Notes: generated by a model not told the origin, from the letters alone. A stretch of DNA of 49,566 bases from Bacteroidota bacterium (GCA_018224415.1 JAGTUZ010000078.1:1-49566), one strand, 5' to 3'; counted from the stretch's first letter, positions 35,657-44,578 are shown. Numbers and translations are program-made.

Positions 35657-36982
35657 TCAGCTGTTTTTATCCATGACGACGTACTTGACGACGTTCTTGC
35701 GGTCGGCGCGGAGGTAGGTGTTGGCCACGCGCTTGACATCGTCGCGCGTCACGACCATGTACTTGGCGAGTTCCTCGTTCACCAGCTTGGTGTTGCCGCG
35801 GAACAGCGAGGCCTGGGCCAGCTGCCGGAGCTTGCCGTCGAGCGAGAGAAATCCCGCGGTGAACTCGGTCTCCTTCGCGTTGCGCACCTTCTGGAATTCC
35901 TCTTCGGAGATGCCGTCCTTCTGCACTTTCGCGATCTCGTCGGCGATGGCGCCGGCGACGGCATCGAACTCGATGCCCTGGTTCAGGATGGCGATGAAGG
36001 CGAACATGCCCGCCTTGTCGAGCGGCACGCCGAAGCTGGAGGCCTGGATGGCCAGCTGCTCGCGGTCGACCACGCGCTGGTACAGGCGCGAACTCTTGCC
36101 ATCGGACAGCACGCTCGCGAGGAATTCCAGCGCGTAGGCGTCGGGATTACGGTAGTCCACGGTCACATATGATTCGATATAGGCAGGCAGCGGGGTGACT
36201 TCTTCCTCGATCACCACCGTGCGCGCTTCCTTCTGCTCCGGAATGACCACGTCACGGCGCTGCGGTGTGGGTCCGGAGGGAATGCTTCCGAAATAGTCCT
36301 CGATCCATTTTTTTGTCTGCTTCACATCGAGGTCGCCGCCCACGACGAGGCAGGCATTGTTCGGCAGATAATATGTGCCGTGGAATTCACGGAATTCCTC
36401 GATCGAGGCGCTGTTGATGTCCTGTGCCACGCCGATGGGCATCCATTCGTAGGACGAGCCCTTGAACGTGGTCTTGAACAGATTGTCGCCGATAGTGCCG
36501 TACGGCCGGCCTTCATAGCGCTGCTTGAGTTCTTCCTTCACGACCTTCCGCTGCGTCTCCACACCAAGGGAGTCGATGACCAGATGCATCATGCGCTCGG
36601 ATTCGATCCAGAGCGCCAGCTCGAGCTGGTTGATGGGCACCTTGAAGAAGTAATCGGTCTGGTCGAAACTCGTCGACGCGTTGAGCACGCCTCCGGCCGC
36701 GGTGATGAGCTTGTCGATACGGCCGCGTTCGATGTTTTTTGTGCCTTCGAACATGAGATGTTCGAAAAAATGCGCGAAGCCCGTGCGTCCGGTGACTTCG
36801 TCTTTCGACCCGATGCGATAGAGCAGATAGGTCATGGCCGTCGGAGCGGTCCGGTCCACATGAAGGATCACGGTCAGGCCGTTATCCAGCTTGTATTCCT
36901 CGAACGGGACGGGCTTGAAGCTCTGGGCCTGCAGTCCGGCCGCGAGCAGCAGCAGGAGCGGGAGAAAAATCCATCGTTTCAT
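35657..36982 (-). CDS. M16-family zinc peptidase (catalytic subunit)
   Basis: ORF 35657..37153 trimmed to ATG 36982..36980 (MKRWIFLPLLLLLAAGLQAQ). Inverted zincin motif GFAHFFEHLMFEG. Confidence 0.85.
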   Translation of the reverse strand: MKRWIFLPLLLLLAAGLQAQSFKPVPFEEYKLDNGLTVILHVDRTAPTAMTYLLYRIGSKDEVTGRTGFAHFFEHLMFEGTKNIERGRIDKLITAAGGVLNASTSFDQTDYFFKVPINQLELALWIESERMMHLVIDSLGVETQRKVVKEELKQRYEGRPYGTIGDNLFKTTFKGSSYEWMPIGVAQDINSASIEEFREFHGTYYLPNNACLVVGGDLDVKQTKKWIEDYFGSIPSGPTPQRRDVVIPEQKEARTVVIEEEVTPLPAYIESYVTVDYRNPDAYALEFLASVLSDGKSSRLYQRVVDREQLAIQASSFGVPLDKAGMFAFIAILNQGIEFDAVAGAIADEIAKVQKDGISEEEFQKVRNAKETEFTAGFLSLDGKLRQLAQASLFRGNTKLVNEELAKYMVVTRDDVKRVANTYLRADRKNVVKYVVMDKNS

Positions 36983-37094
36983 GAGAGAAACCTCGATGAG
37001 TATTGCAGTGAAGTTTGGTATCTGATGTCGAGTGCCCCGGGAGCCGGGGATGTCCGTGTATGGTCTCGATCTCTTGTCCGGATCGTCGCCGGTC

Positions 37095-37745
37095 TCACAC
37101 CGAAGTCTGCAGGGAGGGCAGATCGAGCAGTTCACGAATTTCGTGAATGACATGATCGGCCAGGCCGAGATATTCCCTGCCGAGCGTCGTTTCCACGGCG
37201 GCGCAGATCATGCCCGCGTTTTTCGCCGATTCGATGCCGAGTGGCGCGTTCTCCACGACCAGGCAGTCGTCAGGGGACAGGTTCATGTGAAACATGGGTG
37301 CGAGGTAGGGGTCCGGGTGCGGCTTGGCGCGAGGCACCTCGTCGCCGGTGATGAGGAAATCAAACAGGGCGCGTTGTTCCTCGCCGAGGGCGGTTTCCAT
37401 ATTCATTTTTGACGACGCCGTGACCAGCGCCGTGCGGAAGCCGCGATCACGCAGCGTGGCGATCACCTCGAACACATGGGGGAAATAGGTCACGCGCACG
37501 ATCGAGCGGTAGTATTCGCGCTTGCGGTCGATGAAGGCCTCGTGTTCCGCGGCTGGCAGCGTCACCCCGGCTTCCGCGAGAAAAGTCGGCAGGATCTCGC
37601 GCGAGGCGCGTCCCTCATGCAGCAGCACCGAATGCTCGGACACGCTGCCGCCGAGTTCCTGAAACATCTTGTCCCAGGCCAGATAATGGTAGTGGAGGGT
37701 GTCGGCGATGACGCCGTCGAGGTCGAAGAAAACTGCCTTGATCAT
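37095..37745 (-). CDS. HAD-superfamily hydrolase (beta-phosphoglucomutase-like subfamily)
   Basis: Motif I MIKAVFFDLDGVIADT. Also LVTASS and a later VVENAPLGIESAKNAGM. Confidence 0.85.
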   Translation of the reverse strand: MIKAVFFDLDGVIADTLHYHYLAWDKMFQELGGSVSEHSVLLHEGRASREILPTFLAEAGVTLPAAEHEAFIDRKREYYRSIVRVTYFPHVFEVIATLRDRGFRTALVTASSKMNMETALGEEQRALFDFLITGDEVPRAKPHPDPYLAPMFHMNLSPDDCLVVENAPLGIESAKNAGMICAAVETTLGREYLGLADHVIHEIRELLDLPSLQTSV

Positions 37746-37896
37746 AGGGAGCGTCGAAGTCTCACATCAGTGGCTACAGACTAATAATCTACGAAGAAAG
37801 ACGGGAAAAGTTGTGGGGAAAAGAGGGGGACAAGGGATGGAGGAGTAAGGGAGAGAGGGTGCGGAGGACGCAGTGAAGACATTTACCGCGGAGGCG

Positions 37897-37916
37897 CGCA
37901 GAGGAACGCAGAGGAA
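37897..37916. repeat. tandem 10-mer cgcagaggaa x2 inside a purine-rich spacer
   Basis: Read directly (37897..37906 and 37907..37916). Confidence 0.7.
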
Positions 37917-37919
37917 AGG

Positions 37920-38534
37920 TCATTGCATCACGGGAAGGAGCAGGGTCAGGATGACCCAGATCTGCACGAGGGTGAGCGCGATGCCGGCGGCGGCGCCGGC
38001 GAGCACTTGGGGGAGGGTGTGGGCGCGAAGTTCGACGCGGGCCCAGCCGAGCAGGGCGGCGAGGGGCAGCGTCCACAGCAGCGTCCATCCAAAAAGGGGG
38101 AAGAGGAAGACCAGCGGACCGGTGAAGCCCATCATGTGCGCGCTGATCTTCCAGCGCAGGTTGATGGCGTTGAGGATGAGCGTGTTGAGGAGAAAGCACC
38201 ACATCAGTCCCCAGACGAACACCGAGGCGTTGAGGAAGAGCAGCATCATCAATCCACCGAGAGAGAACAGGGCGCTCACCAGGTAGGGTCCCGTGCGCTG
38301 CAGGCGCTCGGGCACGTCGTAGGCGGTGACCTTCTCCATTTTCCGCAGGTAGAGCACATACACCATCTGCAGCACACCGGCGCATGCCGTCGCCACCACC
38401 CACACCACGATGCGGTGGAAGATACTACCGTGTTCGTATGCCGCGACCAGCAAGGCAAACACCACCGCCGCGATGGTCGGGGGAATCAGGACAAGCGAAA
38501 GGTTGTGCGCGAAGCGCTCCCGGTTTGTACTCAT
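37920..38534 (-). CDS. PAP2-superfamily-like integral membrane protein
   Basis: ORF 37920..38651 trimmed to ATG 38534..38532 (MSTNRERFAHN). Six hydrophobic helices. Degenerate PAP2-like motifs KISAH and RVELRAHTLPQ. Confidence 0.5.
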   Translation of the reverse strand: MSTNRERFAHNLSLVLIPPTIAAVVFALLVAAYEHGSIFHRIVVWVVATACAGVLQMVYVLYLRKMEKVTAYDVPERLQRTGPYLVSALFSLGGLMMLLFLNASVFVWGLMWCFLLNTLILNAINLRWKISAHMMGFTGPLVFLFPLFGWTLLWTLPLAALLGWARVELRAHTLPQVLAGAAAGIALTLVQIWVILTLLLPVMQ

Positions 38535-38577
38535 AGTGCAAAGATAGGAAGAGGAACCGCGGATTACACAGATTACC

Positions 38578-38606
38578 TTGAATGTTATCCACCATTTCGG
38601 TACTAT
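38578..38606 (+). promoter_or_regulatory. sigma-70-type promoter candidate for the 868-aa T9SS cargo gene
   Basis: TTGAAT-N17-TACTAT, 34 nt upstream of ATG 38641. Confidence 0.45.
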
Positions 38607-38640
38607 TCTCCCGATTACCCATTTCAGACAGGTACCCACA

Positions 38641-41244
38641 ATGCGCCGCACACATCACGTACTCGTGCTCATCCCACTATTGGTTGGTGTGCTGTCCGCA
38701 CAGCAGTCCACGTTCGATCCCTTTCCGGTGTTTGACCGGGGATCGATGCATCTGACGATATCGATGAACGGGCAGCTGGGAGCTTCGGCGGCCGAGGGTC
38801 CCTACGGCCTGTTCTGGCCCGCGCCCGGCCTCTCCGATGACCGTACGCGCGGCCTCTGCTACTCGTCGACGCCGGTCATGGTCGGACGTGTGAACGGCGA
38901 ACTGCGCGTGTCGGCGAGCTACTACCGCGACGCGTTTGTCACCGGTCCGGTCATCGGCGGAAAACCGGTTGTCGACCCGACGGATCCTTTTTTCCGGGCA
39001 TACACGATCGACTGGGGCAACACTGAAACCACGGATTATTCCGAGTGGCCAATCTCCATCGGCGCTCCGGGAACGGACGCGAACCTGCCGTATTTCTACG
39101 GGCCTTCGCAGATGTACTGGGTGATGAACGATCTCGACACGGCGGGGATGCACGAGTACAATGGCAACGATCCGATGGGACTGGAAATGCGCTGCCTCCT
39201 GTACACCCCTTGGCCGGGAGCGGCGCGAGAGAACACCCTGCTCCTGCAAGTCACCTATATCAACCATGGACGTGACAGCATCCGCGACGCGTACGCCGGC
39301 TATTTCATGGACGTCGAGCTGCGCGACGCGCTGAACGATCTTCCTGGGTCGGACTCCGTGCGGGACATGGTGTATGCGTACCAAGGCAGCCTTAACGTGA
39401 AGGAAGAAGGTTTGCCCGTGGCATTCGGCATCGCCATGCTGCAGACTCCGATGGTTGCGGCAGCTGGGGACAGCGCCCGCTGGTTCGCCGGCTGGAAGAA
39501 CAACGCACGAAACATCCCTGTCACGGCGGCCGTGGCACCGTTGAAAAGCAGCTGGGGAGGAGCGGCTTCCGAACCCATCAGGGAACCTGCACTGGGAAGC
39601 GATGCGGCCGAGCGCTGGCTCGCGCTCATGCAGGGCCGGGGCAGCGGCGTGGATGTCATCGATCCGATCACCGGTAAGCCTTCGCGATTCTGGTTTTCCG
39701 GTGATCCTGCGAGTGGTGAAGGCTGGGTGCCGGACGACGGTCTTTTGCTTTCGGATGATCGGAATATCAGTCAGCATGCGGCGGACCAGCGAATACTGAT
39801 CTCGGCCGGACCTTTCGATTTCGCCCCAGGCGACACGCAGCAGGTCACCTACGCATTCATCGTTGCACGAGGCGCCTCGCCGACGGCAGCAGTGCACGAA
39901 CTGCGTGACCGCGCGGACTTCTGGAAGGCAGCCTTCCGGGAACGTTCCCTCGCCACAGCCTATACCAGCGCGACCGTGCGGCCGCCCACCGCGGCCTCCA
40001 CACCGGGACAGATCGAAGTGAACGCACGTGTGGCGGCACTGGCCGCCGACCTGCGCGTCGAGGTTACCGATGGGGCTGGGAGCATCATCGCCTCCGAGCC
40101 GTTGGATCGCTTTACTTCCGGATCGGACTATCTGTATCGCAAGGTGTTGGTCCTCCCCACAGCCGGTCCTGCCGGAGTGAATGTGTCGTTCGTCGCAGAG
40201 GCGGAGGGGGAATCGTTGCGTCTTCCCGGTCGCGTGTCCATGCCGATTTCCGGAAGCGTGGATCTCGAGGGCATTGTCATGCTCGAGGAGGGCGATGACA
40301 ATGGCCGCGTGGCGCCGGAGGACGATGCGAAGTGGTTTCCTCGTTTCGTGAACCGCACAGCGCATGTGTACGAAATCTTCGCGCAGTCGGCGTTGCTGCC
40401 CACGGCGCAGTGGCTGCACGTCGACCCACTGCCAGCCAACAGCGTCCATCCCGCCACACCGGATGCATGGCAACCGGAAAATGGGTATGCCCGGCTCTGG
40501 GCCGATTCGCTTGTCGTGGGCCGCGACAGCATCCTCTATCGCTATGATCTGTACGATCCCGCTCGCAACGTCTTGTGGGAGCGGCAGAACTGGATTCCTG
40601 TCGACAGTGCGGCGGAAGAATGGTACGACGTGCTGATGACGCAGGTGCGCGGGAGTTCGGACGAACGGCCGGGTGTGCGCCTGGTCGATCTCGGCGCGCT
40701 GCAGGACAAATGGTATGTCCTCTCCGTCAGTGGTTCGCCCATGGACCGGCGTCTCGCCCTGCATGATTCGACCACGGGCGTCGCGTATTTCACGGATTAC
40801 GGTCTGGATGTTTTCCAGGGAGCACTGCCCGTGACCGATGGTTTCCGCGTGGTGCGGGGAACGATATCGAAACCGTATGCCGGCACGAACGCGGTCACGA
40901 ATGCAGACCTATATGTCTTTAATCCGCGACACGTGATGCTTGCGCGCAGCCAAAAAAACGCCATAAATGACGCCGTGGTCTCGCGTCCTTCCCCCATGCC
41001 GCTGACCGAGTGGACGTCGGTGCGCGTCGACCTGCCCGCGTCGGGAACGCTGCGTGCGGAGGTCTGGAACCTGATCGGCCAGCGCGTGAAGGTGCTGCGC
41101 GACGGTGCGGTCGATGCCGGCCGGCACCTGCTGCTGTGGGACGGCTATTGGAGTGACGGGCGTCCCGCCGAGACAGGGATGTATCTCCTGCGCATCGTGG
41201 CGGGCGGCGGCGAGGTCACGCGCAAGATCATCGTGCTTCGCTGA
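38641..41244 (+). CDS. large secreted protein of unknown function with T9SS C-terminal sorting domain
   Basis: ORF 38578..41244 trimmed to ATG 38641 (MRRTHHVLVLIPLLVGVLSAQQ). CTD-like end LRAEVWNLIGQRVKVL...GMYLLRIVAGGGEVTRKIIVLR. Confidence 0.75.
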   Translation: MRRTHHVLVLIPLLVGVLSAQQSTFDPFPVFDRGSMHLTISMNGQLGASAAEGPYGLFWPAPGLSDDRTRGLCYSSTPVMVGRVNGELRVSASYYRDAFVTGPVIGGKPVVDPTDPFFRAYTIDWGNTETTDYSEWPISIGAPGTDANLPYFYGPSQMYWVMNDLDTAGMHEYNGNDPMGLEMRCLLYTPWPGAARENTLLLQVTYINHGRDSIRDAYAGYFMDVELRDALNDLPGSDSVRDMVYAYQGSLNVKEEGLPVAFGIAMLQTPMVAAAGDSARWFAGWKNNARNIPVTAAVAPLKSSWGGAASEPIREPALGSDAAERWLALMQGRGSGVDVIDPITGKPSRFWFSGDPASGEGWVPDDGLLLSDDRNISQHAADQRILISAGPFDFAPGDTQQVTYAFIVARGASPTAAVHELRDRADFWKAAFRERSLATAYTSATVRPPTAASTPGQIEVNARVAALAADLRVEVTDGAGSIIASEPLDRFTSGSDYLYRKVLVLPTAGPAGVNVSFVAEAEGESLRLPGRVSMPISGSVDLEGIVMLEEGDDNGRVAPEDDAKWFPRFVNRTAHVYEIFAQSALLPTAQWLHVDPLPANSVHPATPDAWQPENGYARLWADSLVVGRDSILYRYDLYDPARNVLWERQNWIPVDSAAEEWYDVLMTQVRGSSDERPGVRLVDLGALQDKWYVLSVSGSPMDRRLALHDSTTGVAYFTDYGLDVFQGALPVTDGFRVVRGTISKPYAGTNAVTNADLYVFNPRHVMLARSQKNAINDAVVSRPSPMPLTEWTSVRVDLPASGTLRAEVWNLIGQRVKVLRDGAVDAGRHLLLWDGYWSDGRPAETGMYLLRIVAGGGEVTRKIIVLR

Positions 41245-41656
41245 CCCACCGCTCGAGCACGCCCCGGTCTTCCGCGGTCAGCTCCGCATCCCCGTGCAGG
41301 AGGAGGTAGGAGGGCAGGGGCATCGAGCCGTCCTCGAGCACTTCGAGGATTTCCTGCTTCATGTGATAGCGCTTCTGCGTTTCGAGCGACTCCCATTCCG
41401 AAAAATTGAGATGCGCGCGGCCTTCGCGCACATGCCCGCCGACAAGCCAGCCCATGGGATTGACATAGCTGTACCACGGCCAGACGGTTTCGTTGGAATG
41501 GCAGTCGTAGCAGGCGCGGCGGAGCACCGCCTTCATCTCGGGCGCCGCCGCGATTTCGGCGCGGACGGGGGGATTGTCCCGCTCGGGCTGGAAGAACTGG
41601 ATGATCACGAACACTCCGAGCAGGGAGAGCAAAACGATGCGCAGTGCGCGTTTCAT
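41228..41656 (-). CDS. small membrane-anchored haem-binding (CXXCH) protein
   Basis: Last 142 codons of ORF 41228..42244, from ATG 41656..41654, preceded by ggagga. Anchor MKRALRIVLLSLLGVFVIIQFF. Haem c motif CYDCHS. The remainder of the tracked ORF is Arg-rich and lies out of frame inside the UGPase gene. Confidence 0.7.
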   Translation of the reverse strand: MKRALRIVLLSLLGVFVIIQFFQPERDNPPVRAEIAAAPEMKAVLRRACYDCHSNETVWPWYSYVNPMGWLVGGHVREGRAHLNFSEWESLETQKRYHMKQEILEVLEDGSMPLPSYLLLHGDAELTAEDRGVLERWVSEAR

Positions 41657-43062
41657 GTTTCCTCCAGAATGCTGTTGTCTTTGATGAGCAGGGTGCCGCC
41701 GTCTTCCACACGCAGGTGCACATGTCCGGTGCAGATGACGTTCGCGCCGAAGCGGACATCGCCCTCGAGACGCAGCGACGCGCAATCGACCAGCGATGGC
41801 GCTCCGCGCGGGAAGCGCTCTTCGAGTTGCGAGACAAAACGGTAGTACTGTTTGTCGAGCATCACGTCGAGATGCGGCAGGGCGCGGACGGGATTGGGGA
41901 CGACGCGGAAATCCTCCGTCAGCATGTAGGCGTCGGACCAGACGGCCAGCAGGTCGTCGGTGGTTTTCACTGGCGCGAAACGGCCGCGGGGCACGCGCAG
42001 CGCGGCCGCACGGTCGAAGAGCGAGATGGCCGCGCCCATGGCCGTTTCGAGCTGGTACACCGCCGGGGAGGACGGATCCCGCGGATCGAGCGTCTTGGCG
42101 TTGCGGATCAACGGCAGGGGAAGGATGCCATCGTAGCGATCGAGCGTTTCCCGCAGCGAGGGGAGATGCACCCACAGGCTGTTGGTGTTGAAATACCGGT
42201 ACAGCGAGATGTCCTGGAATTCGTCGCGCTCCTCGTCGGGACACTGCGCCGACTCGCGCAGCGTCAGCCGTCCGTCCTTGAGACGCGCGAGATGTCCGCC
42301 CTTGCGGTCGGCGGGCGTACGGTCGGCCACTTCCATCATGAACGGAAGCCGCTCCTTCGCGAAATAGCCGAGGATCTCCAGGTCCATCACCGCGCCGAGG
42401 TTGTCGGCATTGCTGATAAACGCGTATTCATATCCGTTGTCCAGGAGCCGGTCCAGCAGTCCCGACGTCACCAGCGCGGTGTAGATGTCGCCGTGGCCCG
42501 GGGGACACCATTCGAGGTCGGGATGCGCTTCCGACACCGCCGGCGCGAAGTCCCCGGCCAGCACCTTCGGCACGCGATGCTGCAGGAAGTCGAAGGGCAG
42601 GCCGGTGGCGATTTCGGGATATGCCGCGAGGGCTTCCAGGCTGTCGGGGCGGGTATGCTCGCTGTTCATCAGAAGCAGCGGCACCGGGTGGCCGTCGCGT
42701 TCGTGCAGATGCTCGATCTGCCGCGCGATGATGTCGATGAAGCGCAGGCCGTCCTTGACCGGAATCAGGCTTTTCGCCTGCTCGAGGCCCATGCTCGTTC
42801 CCAGTCCGCCATTGAGCTTGATCACCACCGCGCGTCCGAGGGCGGCGCGGCCCTGCTCACCGTACCCGCTGAGAGCCTCAGCGTCGGGCACGGCGTCGAC
42901 CGGGTCGATCTGTGAACGGCTGATGGCGCCCGTCGAGCCGCTGAGCAGCTGCAGGAAATTGCGCTTGAACATCCCCGTGACCAGCGGGTGGCTGCCCGCC
43001 GCGCGCAGCTTCTCCTCGAACGGACGAAAGGCGGAAAGGAGGTCTCCGGTGTATTCGGACAT
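41653..43062 (-). CDS. UTP--glucose-1-phosphate uridylyltransferase of the eukaryote-type UDPGP family
   Basis: ORF 41653..43170 trimmed to ATG 43062..43060 (MSEYTGDLLSAF). Signature VVIKLNGGLGTSMGL. Length and overall pattern resemble UGP/UAP-type pyrophosphorylases, not GalU. Confidence 0.82.
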   Translation of the reverse strand: MSEYTGDLLSAFRPFEEKLRAAGSHPLVTGMFKRNFLQLLSGSTGAISRSQIDPVDAVPDAEALSGYGEQGRAALGRAVVIKLNGGLGTSMGLEQAKSLIPVKDGLRFIDIIARQIEHLHERDGHPVPLLLMNSEHTRPDSLEALAAYPEIATGLPFDFLQHRVPKVLAGDFAPAVSEAHPDLEWCPPGHGDIYTALVTSGLLDRLLDNGYEYAFISNADNLGAVMDLEILGYFAKERLPFMMEVADRTPADRKGGHLARLKDGRLTLRESAQCPDEERDEFQDISLYRYFNTNSLWVHLPSLRETLDRYDGILPLPLIRNAKTLDPRDPSSPAVYQLETAMGAAISLFDRAAALRVPRGRFAPVKTTDDLLAVWSDAYMLTEDFRVVPNPVRALPHLDVMLDKQYYRFVSQLEERFPRGAPSLVDCASLRLEGDVRFGANVICTGHVHLRVEDGGTLLIKDNSILEET

Positions 43063-43107
43063 GATGCAATGCGTTCGTGAGACAAGTCGTACCGGAAAGG
43101 TACGAAA

Positions 43108-43115
43108 GGGGGGGG
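43108..43115. repeat. G8 (C8 on the coding strand) homopolymer in the UGPase upstream region
   Basis: Read directly (gaaagggggggggagg). It is the only run of eight identical G/C bases I noticed in the window. Confidence 0.8.
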
Positions 43116-43270
43116 AGGAACGGAAGGGGTGGAAGAAGCAAACCCGGTCGTCAAGCAGGGTGCTCGTCAAGTAGGGTTGGTTGTCGGTACCATCCGGTGG
43201 CGCAGGTGGAAGAATAAATCGTTCGTGATCAGGCGCGCATCCGGATCGTCACGTCATCCCAAAAACGGAT

Positions 43271-43299
43271 TTGACAATCTGCATGGAATGACTTACCTT
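43271..43299 (+). promoter_or_regulatory. sigma-70-type promoter candidate for the low-GC lipoprotein gene
   Basis: TTGACA-N17-TACCTT, about 125 nt upstream of GTG 43424. Confidence 0.45.
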
Positions 43300-43423
43300 G
43301 GCAGAGTATTTAAGATTATAGTGTCGGTTAAAGAAAGTATCGAGTTATCTGCACTGATGACCGGCTGTGGGGCGTGCCCGCCGCAGGGTTGCATTATCTG
43401 GCGTTCACAGAGAGAGGAGATTT

Positions 43424-44578
43424 GTGGTGTATCGAATAGGTCGTGTTGTTATTTGTCTGCTGCTCTTCCATGCGTTGCCGGGCTGCACGACTGAGCCACA
43501 GCCGATAATCCCGATTATCCCGATAGAGCCGGAGCCGGTCGACACGACAACGCATGAATACGCATGGGAATACCATTATTTCGGGTCAAGTCAAATCGCT
43601 TCGAGCTTCTTCCGGGATGTATATGTATCCGCGGAAAATGACATCTGGATGGTCGGGTATATTGAGCCGGACTCGACGCTTCCTTCCACACCGCATGGCT
43701 ATACGTGCACGTTTATCAACGCCATTCATTTTGACGGGAAGGACTTCACCTCTTATTGCATGGAGGGAATGAAGTTGAATGGAAATGTGAATTCCGTGCA
43801 TGTGTATGGGGTCACGGGGCGCGATGCGTCGGTGCTTCTGGTGGGATCGCTGGGCATAACCGAATTGTATAAGGACACTATGATTTTCCACGATCTGCGG
43901 GAATTGAGTGGTCAGTGGCTGGGGTACGAAAAAATCACCAAGACAAAATTCGGGAATCTGCTCCTGCATGGAGGGAACGGGTTTCTTGCAAGGATCGAAC
44001 AGGATCATCCGACCGCCCCAATAGCTCTGACCCGGATTCCACTACCGACCGAAGTCGCGGTTGCCACGGTCACGGAGGTGACCGAAAGTGAGTACTATAT
44101 CGGTTGCTGGTGGATGGATTCGAGCGAGTATCACTTCTATCATTGGAAGGATGGCGTCCTCGATGAGTTGGAGTACTCGAGGGTCGGTCCCTATTCAAGA
44201 ACGTTCTGCACGGGGCTGTGGTCGAGCGACGAATTTGTCTTCGGGGCGAACCCGCCGTACCTGTATCAACGCTCGATCGCCGATACCACGAATTGGCAAT
44301 TCATCGAGATGAACGCGAGTTTGGGTGTGCCCGCAATCGGAGTCCCCATGGCAATGGCAGGGCGGGCAAACAACGATATATTCATTGCCGGGCAGGTGGG
44401 TACGGTCATTCATTACAACGGAAGATCCTTCCATCAATACGAAGAATTCCAGGACCCCGCCCTCGACGCTCAATTCTTCAATGTCAAGGTCACGAATAAT
44501 CGAGTGTATCTGGTCGGCAAATGCAGAGTGGCTGGTCGGGCCCGGGCCATGCTGATCATTGGTACGCGAAAACGCTGA
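43424..44578 (+). CDS. lipoprotein of unknown function, repeat-rich (beta-propeller-like), compositionally atypical
   Basis: ORF 43367..44578 with a probable GTG start at 43424 or 43427, after gagaggaga. Lipobox VICLLLFHALPGC. Recurrent motifs DIWMVG, VLLVGSLG, DIFIAGQVGTVIHYNG, RVYLVG. Hand-counted 60-nt lines inside the gene give 43-53% G+C, against 60% in a neighbouring hemL line. Confidence 0.65.
   Translation: MVYRIGRVVICLLLFHALPGCTTEPQPIIPIIPIEPEPVDTTTHEYAWEYHYFGSSQIASSFFRDVYVSAENDIWMVGYIEPDSTLPSTPHGYTCTFINAIHFDGKDFTSYCMEGMKLNGNVNSVHVYGVTGRDASVLLVGSLGITELYKDTMIFHDLRELSGQWLGYEKITKTKFGNLLLHGGNGFLARIEQDHPTAPIALTRIPLPTEVAVATVTEVTESEYYIGCWWMDSSEYHFYHWKDGVLDELEYSRVGPYSRTFCTGLWSSDEFVFGANPPYLYQRSIADTTNWQFIEMNASLGVPAIGVPMAMAGRANNDIFIAGQVGTVIHYNGRSFHQYEEFQDPALDAQFFNVKVTNNRVYLVGKCRVAGRARAMLIIGTRKR

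Noticed and set aside
38677-40764. 695-aa minus-strand ORF.
   Set aside because: It is antisense to the T9SS cargo gene, which has a signal peptide, a promoter and a CTD. The antisense product is Arg/His/Gly-rich with no features.
41644-42915. 423-aa plus-strand ORF.
   Set aside because: It is antisense to the UGPase gene, which carries the KLNGGLGTSMG signature. It is a shadow ORF.
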